64,000 bases of DNA, from assembly GCA_944377165.1 (NCBI GenBank), contig CALWEJ010000004.1:8369-72368 (forward strand), written 5' to 3'. The position numbers were made by a program, and so were the translations under genes. Under the pieces are notes generated by a model. That model did not search any database, was not told the DNA's origin, and worked only from the letters and a program-made list of their open reading frames with translations. Source of the DNA: an uncultured Clostridia bacterium (GTDB lineage Bacteria > Bacillota > Clostridia > Christensenellales > UBA1242). Every line of letters starts with the position of its first letter. The first letter of the stretch is position 1. Shown here piece by piece: positions 29,063 through 39,460 of the stretch.

Positions 29063-29590
29063 TTAAATATTAAGTTTTTTGTCTTCTTCATTATAATCAA
29101 GATATTCATCATCTTTTTTAGAAAGCGATGTTTCATTTTCAGTTCTTTTTATGCTAATTTGAGTTCCTAAAGCTGTAAAAGAAGAAATACCCCATATACC
29201 TAGTCCGCCCATAAATCCAACCGTGTATATATCTCCAATCGAAGATGAAGCATTGTATTGTTCCAACACATCTGTTGGAACTGAATCATCGTTTTGCATA
29301 TATTCATACAAATTTAAATCAGGTATGCGGTTTATTTTGTGCTTATATGTTTGCTCACTAATTTCACCATTATTAAATTGTTCAACAAGGTTTTCAATGT
29401 AGGATTGTTGATACAAAGCGTTATCTTGTTCATAATTTGTCTTTGACTTTAAATTTTCTATTGTTTTGATATGTGTTAAGATAGCGATGAATGAAGCACA
29501 AGTGACCCCTGCACCAATTAACATTGCAACTTTTGCAATATTTAAAAATTTCATTCGTTTATAAATTACATTTTTTACTTCTTTTTTCAT
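29063..29590 (-). CDS. Hypothetical membrane-anchored protein
   Basis: One TM helix (IAKVAMLIGAGVTCASFIAIL) after a basic N-terminus. The start is chosen at MKKEVKN. The longer ORF-track extension runs antisense through a duplicated hemW fragment. Confidence 0.45.
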   Translation of the reverse strand: MKKEVKNVIYKRMKFLNIAKVAMLIGAGVTCASFIAILTHIKTIENLKSKTNYEQDNALYQQSYIENLVEQFNNGEISEQTYKHKINRIPDLNLYEYMQNDDSVPTDVLEQYNASSSIGDIYTVGFMGGLGIWGISSFTALGTQISIKRTENETSLSKKDDEYLDYNEEDKKLNI

Positions 29591-29735
29591 AATATTTAGA
29601 TTATAACATGCGATAGTGTATTTGTCAATATGATATAAACAATTAATATTGTTTGATTCTATTGCTTTGTTTAGTGAAAAAATGAAACACATTTTGACAA
29701 AATTTTCGAATGATGGTATACTTATAGCAGTGGCA

Positions 29736-29785
29736 AATTTGGGTTTATATATACACATACCATTCTGTTCGTCAAAGTGTGATTA
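29736..29785 (+). repeat. Upstream partial duplicate of the hemW 5' end (copy 1)
   Basis: 50 nt matching 29842-29891 with 2 mismatches. It encodes NLGLYIHIPFCSSKCD followed by a stop. Confidence 0.9.
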
Positions 29786-29835
29786 AGTAGAGTCACCCTT
29801 TGACTTTTTAAATAAATTAGGTTAAATTAAATAAA

Positions 29836-30972
29836 GTGAGTAATTTAGGTTTATATATACACATACCATTCTGCTCGTCAAAGTGTGATTATTGCGACTT
29901 TGTATCTTTTTGTATGGGGGAGAGTGAACAAGTAAATTATCTCAATGCGCTATTAAAAGAAATTGATTTGCGTGCGAACGAATTCAAAGGAAAAGTTTTT
30001 GATACAATCTTTATCGGTGGCGGAACGCCTAGCATTGTTTTTAATGGGTTTATCTCAAAACTTATGAATAAAATTTACAAGTCTTTTACTTTTTCAAAAG
30101 AGTTCGAGTTCACCATAGAAGTTAATCCTTCTTCTTTAACTGAAGAAAAATTAAATGAATACATCTTATCCGGTGTGAATCGAATAAGTATGGGGGTTCA
30201 AACATTAGATGAAAATCTTCTTAAACTGATTTCACGCAAGCAAACAAGGTCAGACATAGAAAGGGCTTTTGATATTTTAAAGTCTAAGAAATTTAACAAT
30301 ATTAATGCGGACGTCATCTTAGGGCTACCAACTCAAACACTTGAATCAGTTAAAGAAACGATAGATTATTTAGTCAAAAATCAGGTTAAACATATATCAG
30401 TTTACACATTGCAGATAGAAGAGAATACTCCTTTATATAACAAAATTCAATCAAAAATTTTATCCGCGCTAGATGATGACACCGTTGCCGAAATGTATTC
30501 AAAAGTTTATAAGGAATTAAAACGAGCGAACTATGTGAGATATGAATTATCAAATTTTGCTAAAAGTGGTTATGAATGTAAACATAATATTAATTATTGG
30601 GACAATTCTGAATACTTAGGGCTAGGACTTTCCTCTCACAGTTATATTAATGGGGTTAGATTTTGGAATACTAGAAATTTCAAGCAATATTTAGAAAAAA
30701 TTATGACAAACAATCTTGCGACAGAAGATGCGGAAACATTAGATTTTAATACAAAACGAACTGAGAGAATTATGCTTTCATTAAGGCGGAGAGAAGGGAT
30801 AGATTTAACCGCTTTTAAAAATGAATTTAATGAAGATTTGTTGACTAGTTGCTTTAAGCAGATAGAGAATCTAAGAAAACTAAATATGATTGAGATTAAG
30901 GACAACCATATTGTCGTAAAAGAAAGTAAATTTGAGCTTTTAAATTCAATTATTTTGCAATTTCTTAAATAA
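29836..30972 (+). CDS. hemW: Radical SAM heme chaperone HemW (HemN-like)
   Basis: GLYIHIPFCSSKCDYCDF radical SAM motif, GGGTPS and the HemN C-domain. It has a GTG start and the conserved position after lepA. Confidence 0.88.
   Translation: MSNLGLYIHIPFCSSKCDYCDFVSFCMGESEQVNYLNALLKEIDLRANEFKGKVFDTIFIGGGTPSIVFNGFISKLMNKIYKSFTFSKEFEFTIEVNPSSLTEEKLNEYILSGVNRISMGVQTLDENLLKLISRKQTRSDIERAFDILKSKKFNNINADVILGLPTQTLESVKETIDYLVKNQVKHISVYTLQIEENTPLYNKIQSKILSALDDDTVAEMYSKVYKELKRANYVRYELSNFAKSGYECKHNINYWDNSEYLGLGLSSHSYINGVRFWNTRNFKQYLEKIMTNNLATEDAETLDFNTKRTERIMLSLRRREGIDLTAFKNEFNEDLLTSCFKQIENLRKLNMIEIKDNHIVVKESKFELLNSIILQFLK
29842..29891 (+). repeat. hemW 5' coding segment (copy 2 of the 50-nt repeat)
   Basis: See 29736-29785. 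This copy is part of the intact gene. Confidence 0.9.
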
Positions 30973-31127
30973 ATTAATAAAGTTATATAATTTTAATATA
31001 TTTTTCTAAAAACTATTGACAAATTTTATAATAATGATAATATATTATATATGTTAGTTAAAACGAATGACCGATGGCTTTTCGGTCATTTTATAATCTA
31101 AAATTTTAAAAATTATTAGGAGAGAAT

Positions 31128-31619
31128 ATGTCATTAATAGGGAAAACAGCTAATAGAAGAAAGATGTCATTTACGGAGATAGGTAAGGCTAAAAGATTTG
31201 TTAATACATTGCAAGAAAGAGGTATTATATTACTAGGTGCTGAACAAGTAATAAGTGAACTAAACCAGAATAAATTTAAAAATTTTAATGAATTTTGTGT
31301 TGAAATGATTCTTGTTTGCAAGATTCCATATGTCGATATTTTGTCATTTAAACCATCAGTTAATATACCTTTAATTAAATGTGTATGTTTAGTTGATAAT
31401 GATTATTTTAAACAAGTTAAGAAAATCGATATTGCAAATTATAATAGATTAATATCTTCTTTAACAGACGAAGAAAAGGAATCTTTATCGCCAAAAGCAA
31501 GAAATATAATTAAAAAGGATTTAACTAAAATAATAAAAGCTAAGTCAACTCAACCTAAAGTATCTCCAATCGATGACTTAATACCAAATAAGAACTTTAA
31601 TTACAAAGATTTTACATAA
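31128..31619 (+). CDS. Hypothetical protein (163 aa)
   Basis: Good RBS (AGGAGAG). No motif recognised. Confidence 0.5.
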   Translation: MSLIGKTANRRKMSFTEIGKAKRFVNTLQERGIILLGAEQVISELNQNKFKNFNEFCVEMILVCKIPYVDILSFKPSVNIPLIKCVCLVDNDYFKQVKKIDIANYNRLISSLTDEEKESLSPKARNIIKKDLTKIIKAKSTQPKVSPIDDLIPNKNFNYKDFT

Positions 31620-31771
31620 TACGAAATCATAGTTAAATTAACGTAAATTAATACTTTAAACATATAGCAAATAAAAGATATAAGAATTATAATTAAGCAC
31701 AAATATAAATAGAGTTGAGAGTTTTTCTTCTCAACCTTTTTTAATAAAATGATAAGTGATTTATAATCATA

Positions 31772-32503
31772 TTAATTTTGATGATGTTTAAAAATCCTTT
31801 TTATAAAAGCTAATAAACCATTTTCTTTTAAAAATTTAAAAGATTTTACTAATATATTGTTTTTATAATAACAATCTCCTACAACGCTTCTAATTGCTTC
31901 GTGCCAACCATTAATGTCACCGCCTATTTCTGTTTCATTATCCTTTGCAAATTCTTTAATTGTATGAAATAGAACAAAATCACTATATATATTATTCTCA
32001 TAAAACTCAACAGGTACTTGTTTTTCAAATACGATTAAAATTTTAAAATTTTTACTTAGATAATTATTTAAAAAAAATTTAACAATGTCAAAGTAATAAT
32101 TAAAACTTTCATTTTTCTTATATTTGATAATAAATAATGTCTTATGTTTTGATTTTAACAACTTTTTAAATTTATGCACCAAATGCTTAAAACGCGATTT
32201 TAATTCTTCTATTTGCTTGTTATATCGTTCGTTCTCATCTTTAACATTTTTATAAATATTTTTTAAGTGGAACGAAATATTATATTTAACATCTTTTACC
32301 ATTCCGCTAGGGAGCAAAACTATTTCATTTTTTAAAATATCATCGATATTATTAAGCGCCTCAACAAATTTTTGAATTGAGCCAATATAGACCCACGAAA
32401 AAGGGAATGAATCAAACTCCGATTTAACAATATCTTTTATTCTAGAGGAAACTTCACAATTATATCCAAGCGAAACAATTTTGCAATTATTGTTATTTAT
32501 CAT
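31772..32503 (-). CDS. Hypothetical protein, possibly DUF1796-like
   Basis: The N-terminal IVSLGYNCEVSSRIKD....FDSFPFSW pattern resembles DUF1796 (SLG.nC......PFDW). Assignment is tentative. Confidence 0.35.
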   Translation of the reverse strand: MINNNNCKIVSLGYNCEVSSRIKDIVKSEFDSFPFSWVYIGSIQKFVEALNNIDDILKNEIVLLPSGMVKDVKYNISFHLKNIYKNVKDENERYNKQIEELKSRFKHLVHKFKKLLKSKHKTLFIIKYKKNESFNYYFDIVKFFLNNYLSKNFKILIVFEKQVPVEFYENNIYSDFVLFHTIKEFAKDNETEIGGDINGWHEAIRSVVGDCYYKNNILVKSFKFLKENGLLAFIKRIFKHHQN

Positions 32504-32771
32504 ATGTTAAAATATAACATTTTTAATATAAAAAGTCTAGTTTTGTATATAAATATTGGTAATTATCTAGACTTAATAAGGGATTATTATTATCTTTACG
32601 GATAAAGTTATTTATATTACAACTATGAACAATCAATATCTTCACTAAAAAATTTATCAAATTAAGAATAAACAATTTAATGGTTAAAGGCAATTTGAAT
32701 GAAAAAATAAAAAATTTAAAAAATTTTTGCAATTTTAGTTGACTTTTTTTAGCAATCTGCATAATATATAG

Positions 32772-32798
32772 TTAGCAATCTAAATAAAAGAGTGCTAA
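32772..32798. promoter_or_regulatory. CIRCE operator (HrcA binding site)
   Basis: TTAGCAATC-N9-GAGTGCTAA lies 23 nt upstream of hrcA. An extra TTAGCAATC half-site at 32748-32756 overlaps a TTGACT -35-like box. Confidence 0.85.
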
Positions 32799-32820
32799 AT
32801 ATGTATTAAAAGGACGAAAT

Positions 32821-33864
32821 GTGAATATTGACGATAAGAATAAGCGTAAGCACGATATTCTAATAGTTGCAGTTGATGAATATATAAAGACGGCGCAACC
32901 TGTCACTAGCGGTGGACTTAACAATCATTTTAAAGAGATAAGTTCGGCGACTATACGTAATGAATTAAATGCACTAGAAAGTATGGGTTATCTTAAACAA
33001 GTCCACACATCTGGAGGTAGAGTGCCTACAGCACTAGCATATAAAGAATACGTTAACTCGCTACTAGCAGACGATAAGTTGGATTATGAGTCTATTAAAA
33101 AAGTTGTAAATTCATATGAAGATAGGTCGGTTAGTTTAATAAGTACTTTATCTGCGTTGGCTAAACGTCTTAGTAGAGTGACTAATTGTCCGACTGTGCT
33201 TGTACAACACGGACTACAAAATTTGACTATCGAGAACATTCAAATTATTCCACTTATAAACAAAGATTCATTATTGCTAGTAGAAACGAATGCAGGTATT
33301 ATTGATGACAGTATGTCACTAGACAGCAACATTGATAGGCGCGCGTGTATTGAAGCAAGCGATTATCTAACTAAACACTTCAAAGGTAAAACTATTGAAT
33401 ATATGATAGATAACATCAATGCGGTATGCTTGAAGGCGGGCGGTCAAATAATCAATTTTAAAGAATTGATTGATAGTGTGGCAGAAGCCTTAATTGAAGT
33501 AATTCAGACGCGATGCAATGTGTCTAACGAAAATCCTACTAAACTTTTACAGGGACTTGATAGGTCAGATTTAGACGATGCTAAGAACGTTTTAGAATTT
33601 CTAGAAAATTCAGATAATGTAATTGACGTTGTCACAAATGAAAGTGATAATGAACTTAATTTCACAATCGGAGAGTCTAGTGAAAACAGCAAGTTAAAAG
33701 GCGGAATGATGATGAGTGCACCTATAGTAATAAATGGTGTGCCTATCGCAAGCCTTGCACTTGTCGGACCTAAGCGAATCGATTATGCGAATGTTGCTGC
33801 TGCGCTAAAATTTATAGTCAATCAAATTGATAATCAAGAAGGAGGCGGAAGTGAAGAAAAATAA
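32821..33864 (+). CDS. hrcA: Heat-inducible transcription repressor HrcA
   Basis: N-terminal winged helix (R...IL..VV..Y....PV.S), conserved position upstream of grpE-dnaK-dnaJ, and a CIRCE site upstream. GTG start. Confidence 0.9.
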   Translation: MNIDDKNKRKHDILIVAVDEYIKTAQPVTSGGLNNHFKEISSATIRNELNALESMGYLKQVHTSGGRVPTALAYKEYVNSLLADDKLDYESIKKVVNSYEDRSVSLISTLSALAKRLSRVTNCPTVLVQHGLQNLTIENIQIIPLINKDSLLLVETNAGIIDDSMSLDSNIDRRACIEASDYLTKHFKGKTIEYMIDNINAVCLKAGGQIINFKELIDSVAEALIEVIQTRCNVSNENPTKLLQGLDRSDLDDAKNVLEFLENSDNVIDVVTNESDNELNFTIGESSENSKLKGGMMMSAPIVINGVPIASLALVGPKRIDYANVAAALKFIVNQIDNQEGGGSEEK

Positions 33865-34525
33865 AGACTGCAAAATCGATAAAGAACACGAAGAAAAATG
33901 TAATTGCAAAGACGATTGTAATTGTAATGATAATTGTAAATGCGACGAAAACGATAAATGCAATGATGATTGTGATTGCAACGATAACTGCAAATGCAAT
34001 GATGATTGCGATTGTGGTAATGATTGTGAGTGCGACAGCGAACACAAATGTGATGACAAATGCGACTGCGGTTGTAATTCGCATAAAGAGAGTAGCAACG
34101 ACAATGAATCTACAAACATTAAACACGATTATTTAAACGATTTATTGCGTTTGCAAGCCGAATTCGATAATTATAGGAAACGTATGCAGACTGCATTGTC
34201 TGACGCGAGAAAGGACGGATTTGTAGATGCTATTGAGCAATTCCTTCCAGCGCTTGATAGTTTTAAAATGGCGACCGATATGATAACGGATAAAAATACC
34301 CTAATGGGAATTAAGTTCATAGAGAAAGGCATTTTAGATACATTAAGCAAAATGGGAGTAGAACCAATCGACTGCTCGGGCAAGTTCAATCCAGAACTTC
34401 ATCAGGCGATAGATACGGACAGCACCGCGGACGTCGAGTCAGGAATGATTGTAAAAGAAGCATACAAAGGATTTACCTATAAGGACAAAGTTATTAGATA
34501 TGCGCAAGTAATTGTAAAGAAGTAG
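33827..34525 (+). CDS. grpE: Nucleotide exchange factor GrpE with unusual Cys-rich N-terminal domain
   Basis: The C-terminal 140 aa is canonical GrpE (LLRLQAEFDNYRKR, ...GFTYKDKVIRYAQVIV). The N-terminal ~75 aa contains 20 Cys in CxC repeats. A GTG at 33851 follows GGAGG and is a plausible true start. Confidence 0.88.
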   Translation: MIIKKEAEVKKNKDCKIDKEHEEKCNCKDDCNCNDNCKCDENDKCNDDCDCNDNCKCNDDCDCGNDCECDSEHKCDDKCDCGCNSHKESSNDNESTNIKHDYLNDLLRLQAEFDNYRKRMQTALSDARKDGFVDAIEQFLPALDSFKMATDMITDKNTLMGIKFIEKGILDTLSKMGVEPIDCSGKFNPELHQAIDTDSTADVESGMIVKEAYKGFTYKDKVIRYAQVIVKK

Positions 34526-34531
34526 GACACT

Positions 34532-35164
34532 ATGATAGAGAGTGTAAAGACGTTTTGGAAATCAAACGAACTAAAGCAAAACACACACGTGATAATTTGT
34601 GACAATGGCTGTATAGTGATTGACGCAGGTTGTCCGATTAGTGAGATAAAGGGTGTATGTGATAAGCCGATAAGTGCAGTATTTATCACACACGGACATT
34701 ACGACCATATTAAATATATAGAAGAATATGATAGATTAAATGTTCCGATATATGCAAATAAAAATATAGTCGATATGTTAAATTCACCTCTGCTTAATGT
34801 GAGCGCAATCTTCGGAGTACCTACAAAATATAAAATTAATAATTTATCTTTTGTAGAAGATGGCGACACAATAAGTGTGTTAGGCAAAGTCGTAAAATGC
34901 TTCTACACTCCGGGACATTCCGTTGACGGTATGTGCTATTTGTGCGACGACTGCTTATTTACAGGAGATACACTATTTTCAGTGGCAATCGGTAGAGTAG
35001 ATTTACCTAGTGCTGACGAAGGACAAATGATTGAAAGCTTACAAAAGTTAAATTCGCTTGAGTATTCTACAATGTATACTGGGCACGGGCGAACAAGTAC
35101 AAAAAAAGAGCAAAACAGCAATATATCGCATTATATTGAACTATTAAAAAACAAATCTATTTAG
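34532..35164 (+). CDS. MBL-fold metallo-hydrolase
   Basis: ITHGHYDH motif, TPGHS and GDTLF. Confidence 0.8.
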   Translation: MIESVKTFWKSNELKQNTHVIICDNGCIVIDAGCPISEIKGVCDKPISAVFITHGHYDHIKYIEEYDRLNVPIYANKNIVDMLNSPLLNVSAIFGVPTKYKINNLSFVEDGDTISVLGKVVKCFYTPGHSVDGMCYLCDDCLFTGDTLFSVAIGRVDLPSADEGQMIESLQKLNSLEYSTMYTGHGRTSTKKEQNSNISHYIELLKNKSI

Positions 35165-35172
35165 GAGCTAAA

Positions 35173-35604
35173 ATGTCAAAAATATACTACGCACCACGAC
35201 CTATAATATTAGGCACATATACTGCAAATCATAGGACTATCGGTTATATTGTAGATTTAGTAGATATCAAGTCAGAAGAAACTATGTACAATCACAATGA
35301 AAAGAAATCAACGCATTTTAATGTAAACTTTCCTTACCGACGAGATACCTATTGCACTTACACAAATTTTAAAATAAAGAAAAATGAATTATGTGATACT
35401 TTTGATAGATGTGTTAAGTTAGTAAATGAAATGAATGATGACTTATATAAAGAATTGAAAGGTAATTATCCACTTGATAAACTAAACGAATATGAAGACA
35501 CAATAAAAGAATATAAAAGTATAACAGATAAAGAGCAAACCAATGCAAAAGCCTACTGGGAGTGGGAATCAAAACACATATTAGGAGAAGATTTGCATTC
35601 ATAA
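35173..35604 (+). CDS. Hypothetical protein (143 aa)
   Basis: RBS AGGAG. No motif recognised. It lies between grpE and dnaK. Confidence 0.5.
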   Translation: MSKIYYAPRPIILGTYTANHRTIGYIVDLVDIKSEETMYNHNEKKSTHFNVNFPYRRDTYCTYTNFKIKKNELCDTFDRCVKLVNEMNDDLYKELKGNYPLDKLNEYEDTIKEYKSITDKEQTNAKAYWEWESKHILGEDLHS

Positions 35605-35713
35605 CAAGCAAAATCTCTTAATAATCGGTTCACTTATATTTTAGACTTTTTGATAAGTGAACTATAATTAAAAAGTCAAATTCGCAATAGCGAGAATTAA
35701 AGGAGCAAAAATT

Positions 35714-37540
35714 ATGTCAAAAATTATTGGTATTGATTTAGGTACAACTAATAGTTGTGTCGCTGTTATGGAAGGTGGTCAACCTACCGTTATCCCTAAT
35801 AGCGAAGGCGGAAGAACTACACCAAGTGTAGTAGGATTCAAAGACGGCGATCGTCTAATTGGTCAGGTAGCGAAACGTCAAGCAGTCGCTAATCCAGACA
35901 AAACAGTTATTTCAATTAAACGTGAAATGGGTACTGATTACAAGGTTAATATTGATGGTAAATCATATAGCCCAGAAGAAATCAGCGCAATGATTTTGTC
36001 AAAACTTAAACAAGACGCAGAGGCATATCTTGGTCAGCCAGTGACTCAAGCAGTTATCACTGTGCCAGCATACTTCAATGACTCTCAACGTCAAGCAACT
36101 AAGAATGCAGGTAAAATTGCAGGGCTAGAAGTTCTTCGTATAATTAATGAACCAACAGCAGCCGCACTTGCATACGGTCTTGATAAACAAGATAGAAAGA
36201 ATCAAAAAATCCTAGTTTATGATTTAGGTGGCGGTACATTCGATGTATCAATCCTTGAAATCGGTGACGGAGTGTTTGAAGTTCTATCTACTAACGGTAA
36301 TACTCGTTTAGGTGGTGACGATTTCGATAATCGTATTATGGACCTATTAATTTCAGAATTTAAGAACGAAACAGGTATTGATTTGTCTAACGATAGACTT
36401 GCTAAACAACGTTTAAAGGAAGCAAGCGAAAAGGCAAAAATCGAATTGAGCACATTATCTCAAACTACAATCAGTTTGCCATTTATTACAGCAGACGCAA
36501 CAGGACCTAAGCACTTAGAATATACATTAACTCGTGCGAAATTTGAAAATATGATAGCAGACCTTGTTGACCAGACTCTTGTTTGCACACGTAATGCATT
36601 GAAAGACGCAGGACTTAGCAAAAATGATATTGCAAACGTAGTTTTAGTCGGTGGTTCTACTCGTGTACCTTGCGTAGTTGAAGCGCTTTCAAAAGAAATC
36701 CCTGTGACTCCATTTAAGGGTATTAACCCAGATGAATGTGTCGCTATCGGTGCAGCTATTCAAGCAGGTGTATTGGGTGGAGAAGTTAAGGACGTTTTAC
36801 TTCTTGATGTCACTCCATTGTCATTAGGTATTGAAACATTAGGTGGAGTATGCACTAAACTTATTCCAAGAAATACAACTATCCCTACTAAGAAATCTCA
36901 AATATTCAGTACCGCACAAGATAATCAACCAGGAGTTGAAATTAACGTATTGCAAGGTGAACGTGAATTTGCCGCTCAGAACAAATCACTTGGTAGATTC
37001 CAACTTACAGGTATTCCACCAGCTCCACGCGGTGTTCCTCAAATTGAAGTCACTTTCGATATCGATGCAAATGGTATTGTAAATGTTAGCGCTAAAGATT
37101 TAGGCACTAATAAAGAGCAAAAGATAACTATTACAGCTAGCACAAATCTTAGCGAAGACGAAATCAATAAGGCCGTTAAAGAAGCTGAACAATTCGCAGA
37201 AGAAGATAAGAAGAAACGTGAAGTAATTGATGCTAGAAATAACCTTGACGGTATGACTATGAATATCGGAAAAGTTATGAAAGAAAACGGCGACAAGTTA
37301 AGCGAAGAAGATAAAAAGGCGCTTACTGATGCGGTTGAAGAAGCTAAGAAGCATATTGCTAGCGATAATATGGACGAGATTAAGAAAGCAACTGAGGACT
37401 TAACTAAAGTTTCTAACGAAGTTTTCACTAAGATGTATCAAAATATGGCTAGTCAAAATCAAGCACAACCTAATGGTCAATCAAGTTCAAACGGCAATAA
37501 ACCTAAAGACGACGGCGACCCTGAAGTTGTAGTTGAATAA
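35714..37540 (+). CDS. dnaK: Molecular chaperone DnaK (Hsp70)
   Basis: [25 protein letters not shown] and VLVGGSTR motifs across a full-length 608 aa. Confidence 0.97.
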   Translation: MSKIIGIDLGTTNSCVAVMEGGQPTVIPNSEGGRTTPSVVGFKDGDRLIGQVAKRQAVANPDKTVISIKREMGTDYKVNIDGKSYSPEEISAMILSKLKQDAEAYLGQPVTQAVITVPAYFNDSQRQATKNAGKIAGLEVLRIINEPTAAALAYGLDKQDRKNQKILVYDLGGGTFDVSILEIGDGVFEVLSTNGNTRLGGDDFDNRIMDLLISEFKNETGIDLSNDRLAKQRLKEASEKAKIELSTLSQTTISLPFITADATGPKHLEYTLTRAKFENMIADLVDQTLVCTRNALKDAGLSKNDIANVVLVGGSTRVPCVVEALSKEIPVTPFKGINPDECVAIGAAIQAGVLGGEVKDVLLLDVTPLSLGIETLGGVCTKLIPRNTTIPTKKSQIFSTAQDNQPGVEINVLQGEREFAAQNKSLGRFQLTGIPPAPRGVPQIEVTFDIDANGIVNVSAKDLGTNKEQKITITASTNLSEDEINKAVKEAEQFAEEDKKKREVIDARNNLDGMTMNIGKVMKENGDKLSEEDKKALTDAVEEAKKHIASDNMDEIKKATEDLTKVSNEVFTKMYQNMASQNQAQPNGQSSSNGNKPKDDGDPEVVVE

Positions 37541-37548
37541 AGGAAGTT

Positions 37549-38673
37549 ATGGCAAATAATGATTATTATGCAACCTTAGGGGTGAGTAAGTCAGCGAGCG
37601 AAGATGAAATCAAGTCGGCATATCGTGCGCTTGCAAAAAAATATCACCCTGACCTAAATAAAACCCCTGAGGCGGCAGAAAAATTTAAAGAGATAAACGA
37701 GGCATATTCTGTTTTAGGAGATAAGCAGAAACGCGCTAACTATGACCAATATGGCAGTGCTGACGGACCGCAAGGCTTTGGCGGTGGTGGTCAAGGTTTT
37801 TCAGGCGGATTTTCTAGCGGTGATTTTGGCGGATTTGAAGATATATTCAATATTTTCTCTAATTTTGGTTCACGAGGCAATGCACGTGTAAGGGAAGAAG
37901 GCGACGATGTCAATATAAATCTAGTCATTTCGTTTACTGAAGCAGCTTTCGGTTGCGAAAAAGAAGTGACAGTGACAAGGAAAGAACGTTGTTCAGATTG
38001 CAACGGCACGGGCGCAAAATCTAGTAGCGATTACGTGACTTGTAGCGAGTGTAATGGTACGGGTAGAATGACCTATACTCAACAAACCTTGTTCGGTATG
38101 ACGCGAACGGTTGGAACTTGTAGAACTTGTGGTGGAAAGGGTAAAATCATTAAAAATAAATGCCCTAGTTGTCACGGAACAGGGCTAAAGACTACTACAA
38201 GCAAAATTAAAGTGAAAATCCCTGCAGGTATTGATAACGAACAAGTCATTCGCTTGAATGGTGAAGGTGACCAAACCGCATCTGCGGACGGAGTTGCTGG
38301 CGACCTTAGAATTGCTATAACCGTTCAACCTCATTCACTTTTGGTTAGGAAAGGTTTTGATTTGTATGTAGATGTTTATGTCCCTATCACTACTTTAATG
38401 TTGGGTGGCAAAGTCAAAGTTCCTACACTTAAAGGAACTACAACTATCGACGTTGCTCCACTTACACAATCTAACACAAAATATACATTGAAGGGAAAGG
38501 GTGTTAAATATCTAAAATCTATAGGAAGTGGTAATTTGATTGTCACTCTGAAAGGTGAAATGCCTAAAGATATAGATAAAAACACAATTAAACTAATTAA
38601 AGAGTTAGAAAGTTCTATTAGCGATAAATCTTATCCAAAGACAAATAATTATAATAAAAAATTAGATGACTAA
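37549..38673 (+). CDS. dnaJ: Molecular chaperone DnaJ
   Basis: J domain with HPD (KKYHPDLN), a G/F region and four CxxCxGxG zinc-finger repeats. Confidence 0.96.
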   Translation: MANNDYYATLGVSKSASEDEIKSAYRALAKKYHPDLNKTPEAAEKFKEINEAYSVLGDKQKRANYDQYGSADGPQGFGGGGQGFSGGFSSGDFGGFEDIFNIFSNFGSRGNARVREEGDDVNINLVISFTEAAFGCEKEVTVTRKERCSDCNGTGAKSSSDYVTCSECNGTGRMTYTQQTLFGMTRTVGTCRTCGGKGKIIKNKCPSCHGTGLKTTTSKIKVKIPAGIDNEQVIRLNGEGDQTASADGVAGDLRIAITVQPHSLLVRKGFDLYVDVYVPITTLMLGGKVKVPTLKGTTTIDVAPLTQSNTKYTLKGKGVKYLKSIGSGNLIVTLKGEMPKDIDKNTIKLIKELESSISDKSYPKTNNYNKKLDD

Positions 38674-38698
38674 AAGGCAGAATTTATCTGCCTTTTTG
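38673..38698 (+). terminator. Rho-independent terminator after dnaJ
   Basis: aaggcag-N7-ctgcctt stem followed by a T-run. Confidence 0.7.
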
Positions 38699-39002
38699 CC
38701 ATTTAAATACATTTGTTATTTAGATTTGTTTAGATAAAAATCTACTTAAATAAACAAAAAATCATAAAGATATTTTATAATCATATACTTTATCTTATCT
38801 TTTTAATTGAGAAATTGATAGACTAAAAATTTTATTTACCTATATAATAAACATTTTTCTTAAAAATGAGTTTAATTATAGGACTTAAGAATTTAGGCAT
38901 TTTAAAACAATATATTTTCATACTATATATTATATTATTATTTGATATAAATTGCTATTCTTATTTAAAACAAGTTAGTAAATAAAGGTATAAAAAAAGA
39001 GA

Positions 39003-39188
39003 CTATTTAGCCTCTTTTTTCATAGTTTTTAAACATTTTGCACAAATATTCTTCTTACCTTTCTTTCCGTCTAACTCAACGTTAACTTTTTGTATATTAG
39101 GGTCGAAAGTAGTCTTTGTGTGACGCATACTATGGCTTACGTTATTGCCTGAAGTGCGACCTTTACCGCATATCTCACAAACTTTCAT
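39003..39188 (-). CDS. rpmB: 50S ribosomal protein L28
   Basis: MKVCEICGKGRTSGNNVSHSMRHTK... (61 aa), with a GGAGG RBS upstream of the ATG at 39188. The ORF-track N-terminal extension is not credible. Confidence 0.9.
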   Translation of the reverse strand: MKVCEICGKGRTSGNNVSHSMRHTKTTFDPNIQKVNVELDGKKGKKNICAKCLKTMKKEAK

Positions 39189-39460
39189 TGTTTTACCTCC
39201 GTTAAAATTTCTATTACTTGTAAATATTATCACAAATTTATCTAAAAAGCAAGTATTTTATAAAAATTTGCTAAAACTAATTTAATCATTTTATTATTAT
39301 TCTTTAATCACTATAATATAATAATTTATGGGTGAATAATTTATTGAGAGTCTTGTCCTAATTTTGTCTAATATGTCAAATTATTAGGAAATTTAGCAAA
39401 GTTTACAAAAAACGTTTGCTAAAATATTATTTATGTTATATAATAACATAGGAGAGTGAA

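Noticed and set aside
29591-29758. N-terminal extension of the 29063 minus-strand ORF
   Set aside because: The extension runs antisense through the duplicated hemW fragment and reads as non-protein-like sequence. The internal MKKEVKN start followed by a TM helix is more plausible.
33805-34136. Three overlapping ORFs (two minus-strand, one alternative plus frame) over the grpE 5' region
   Set aside because: They are artefacts of the TG(T/C)-GA(T/C)-AA(T/C) repeat composition of the Cys-rich GrpE domain. They have no RBS and repetitive nonsense-like products, whereas the grpE frame continues into a canonical GrpE core.
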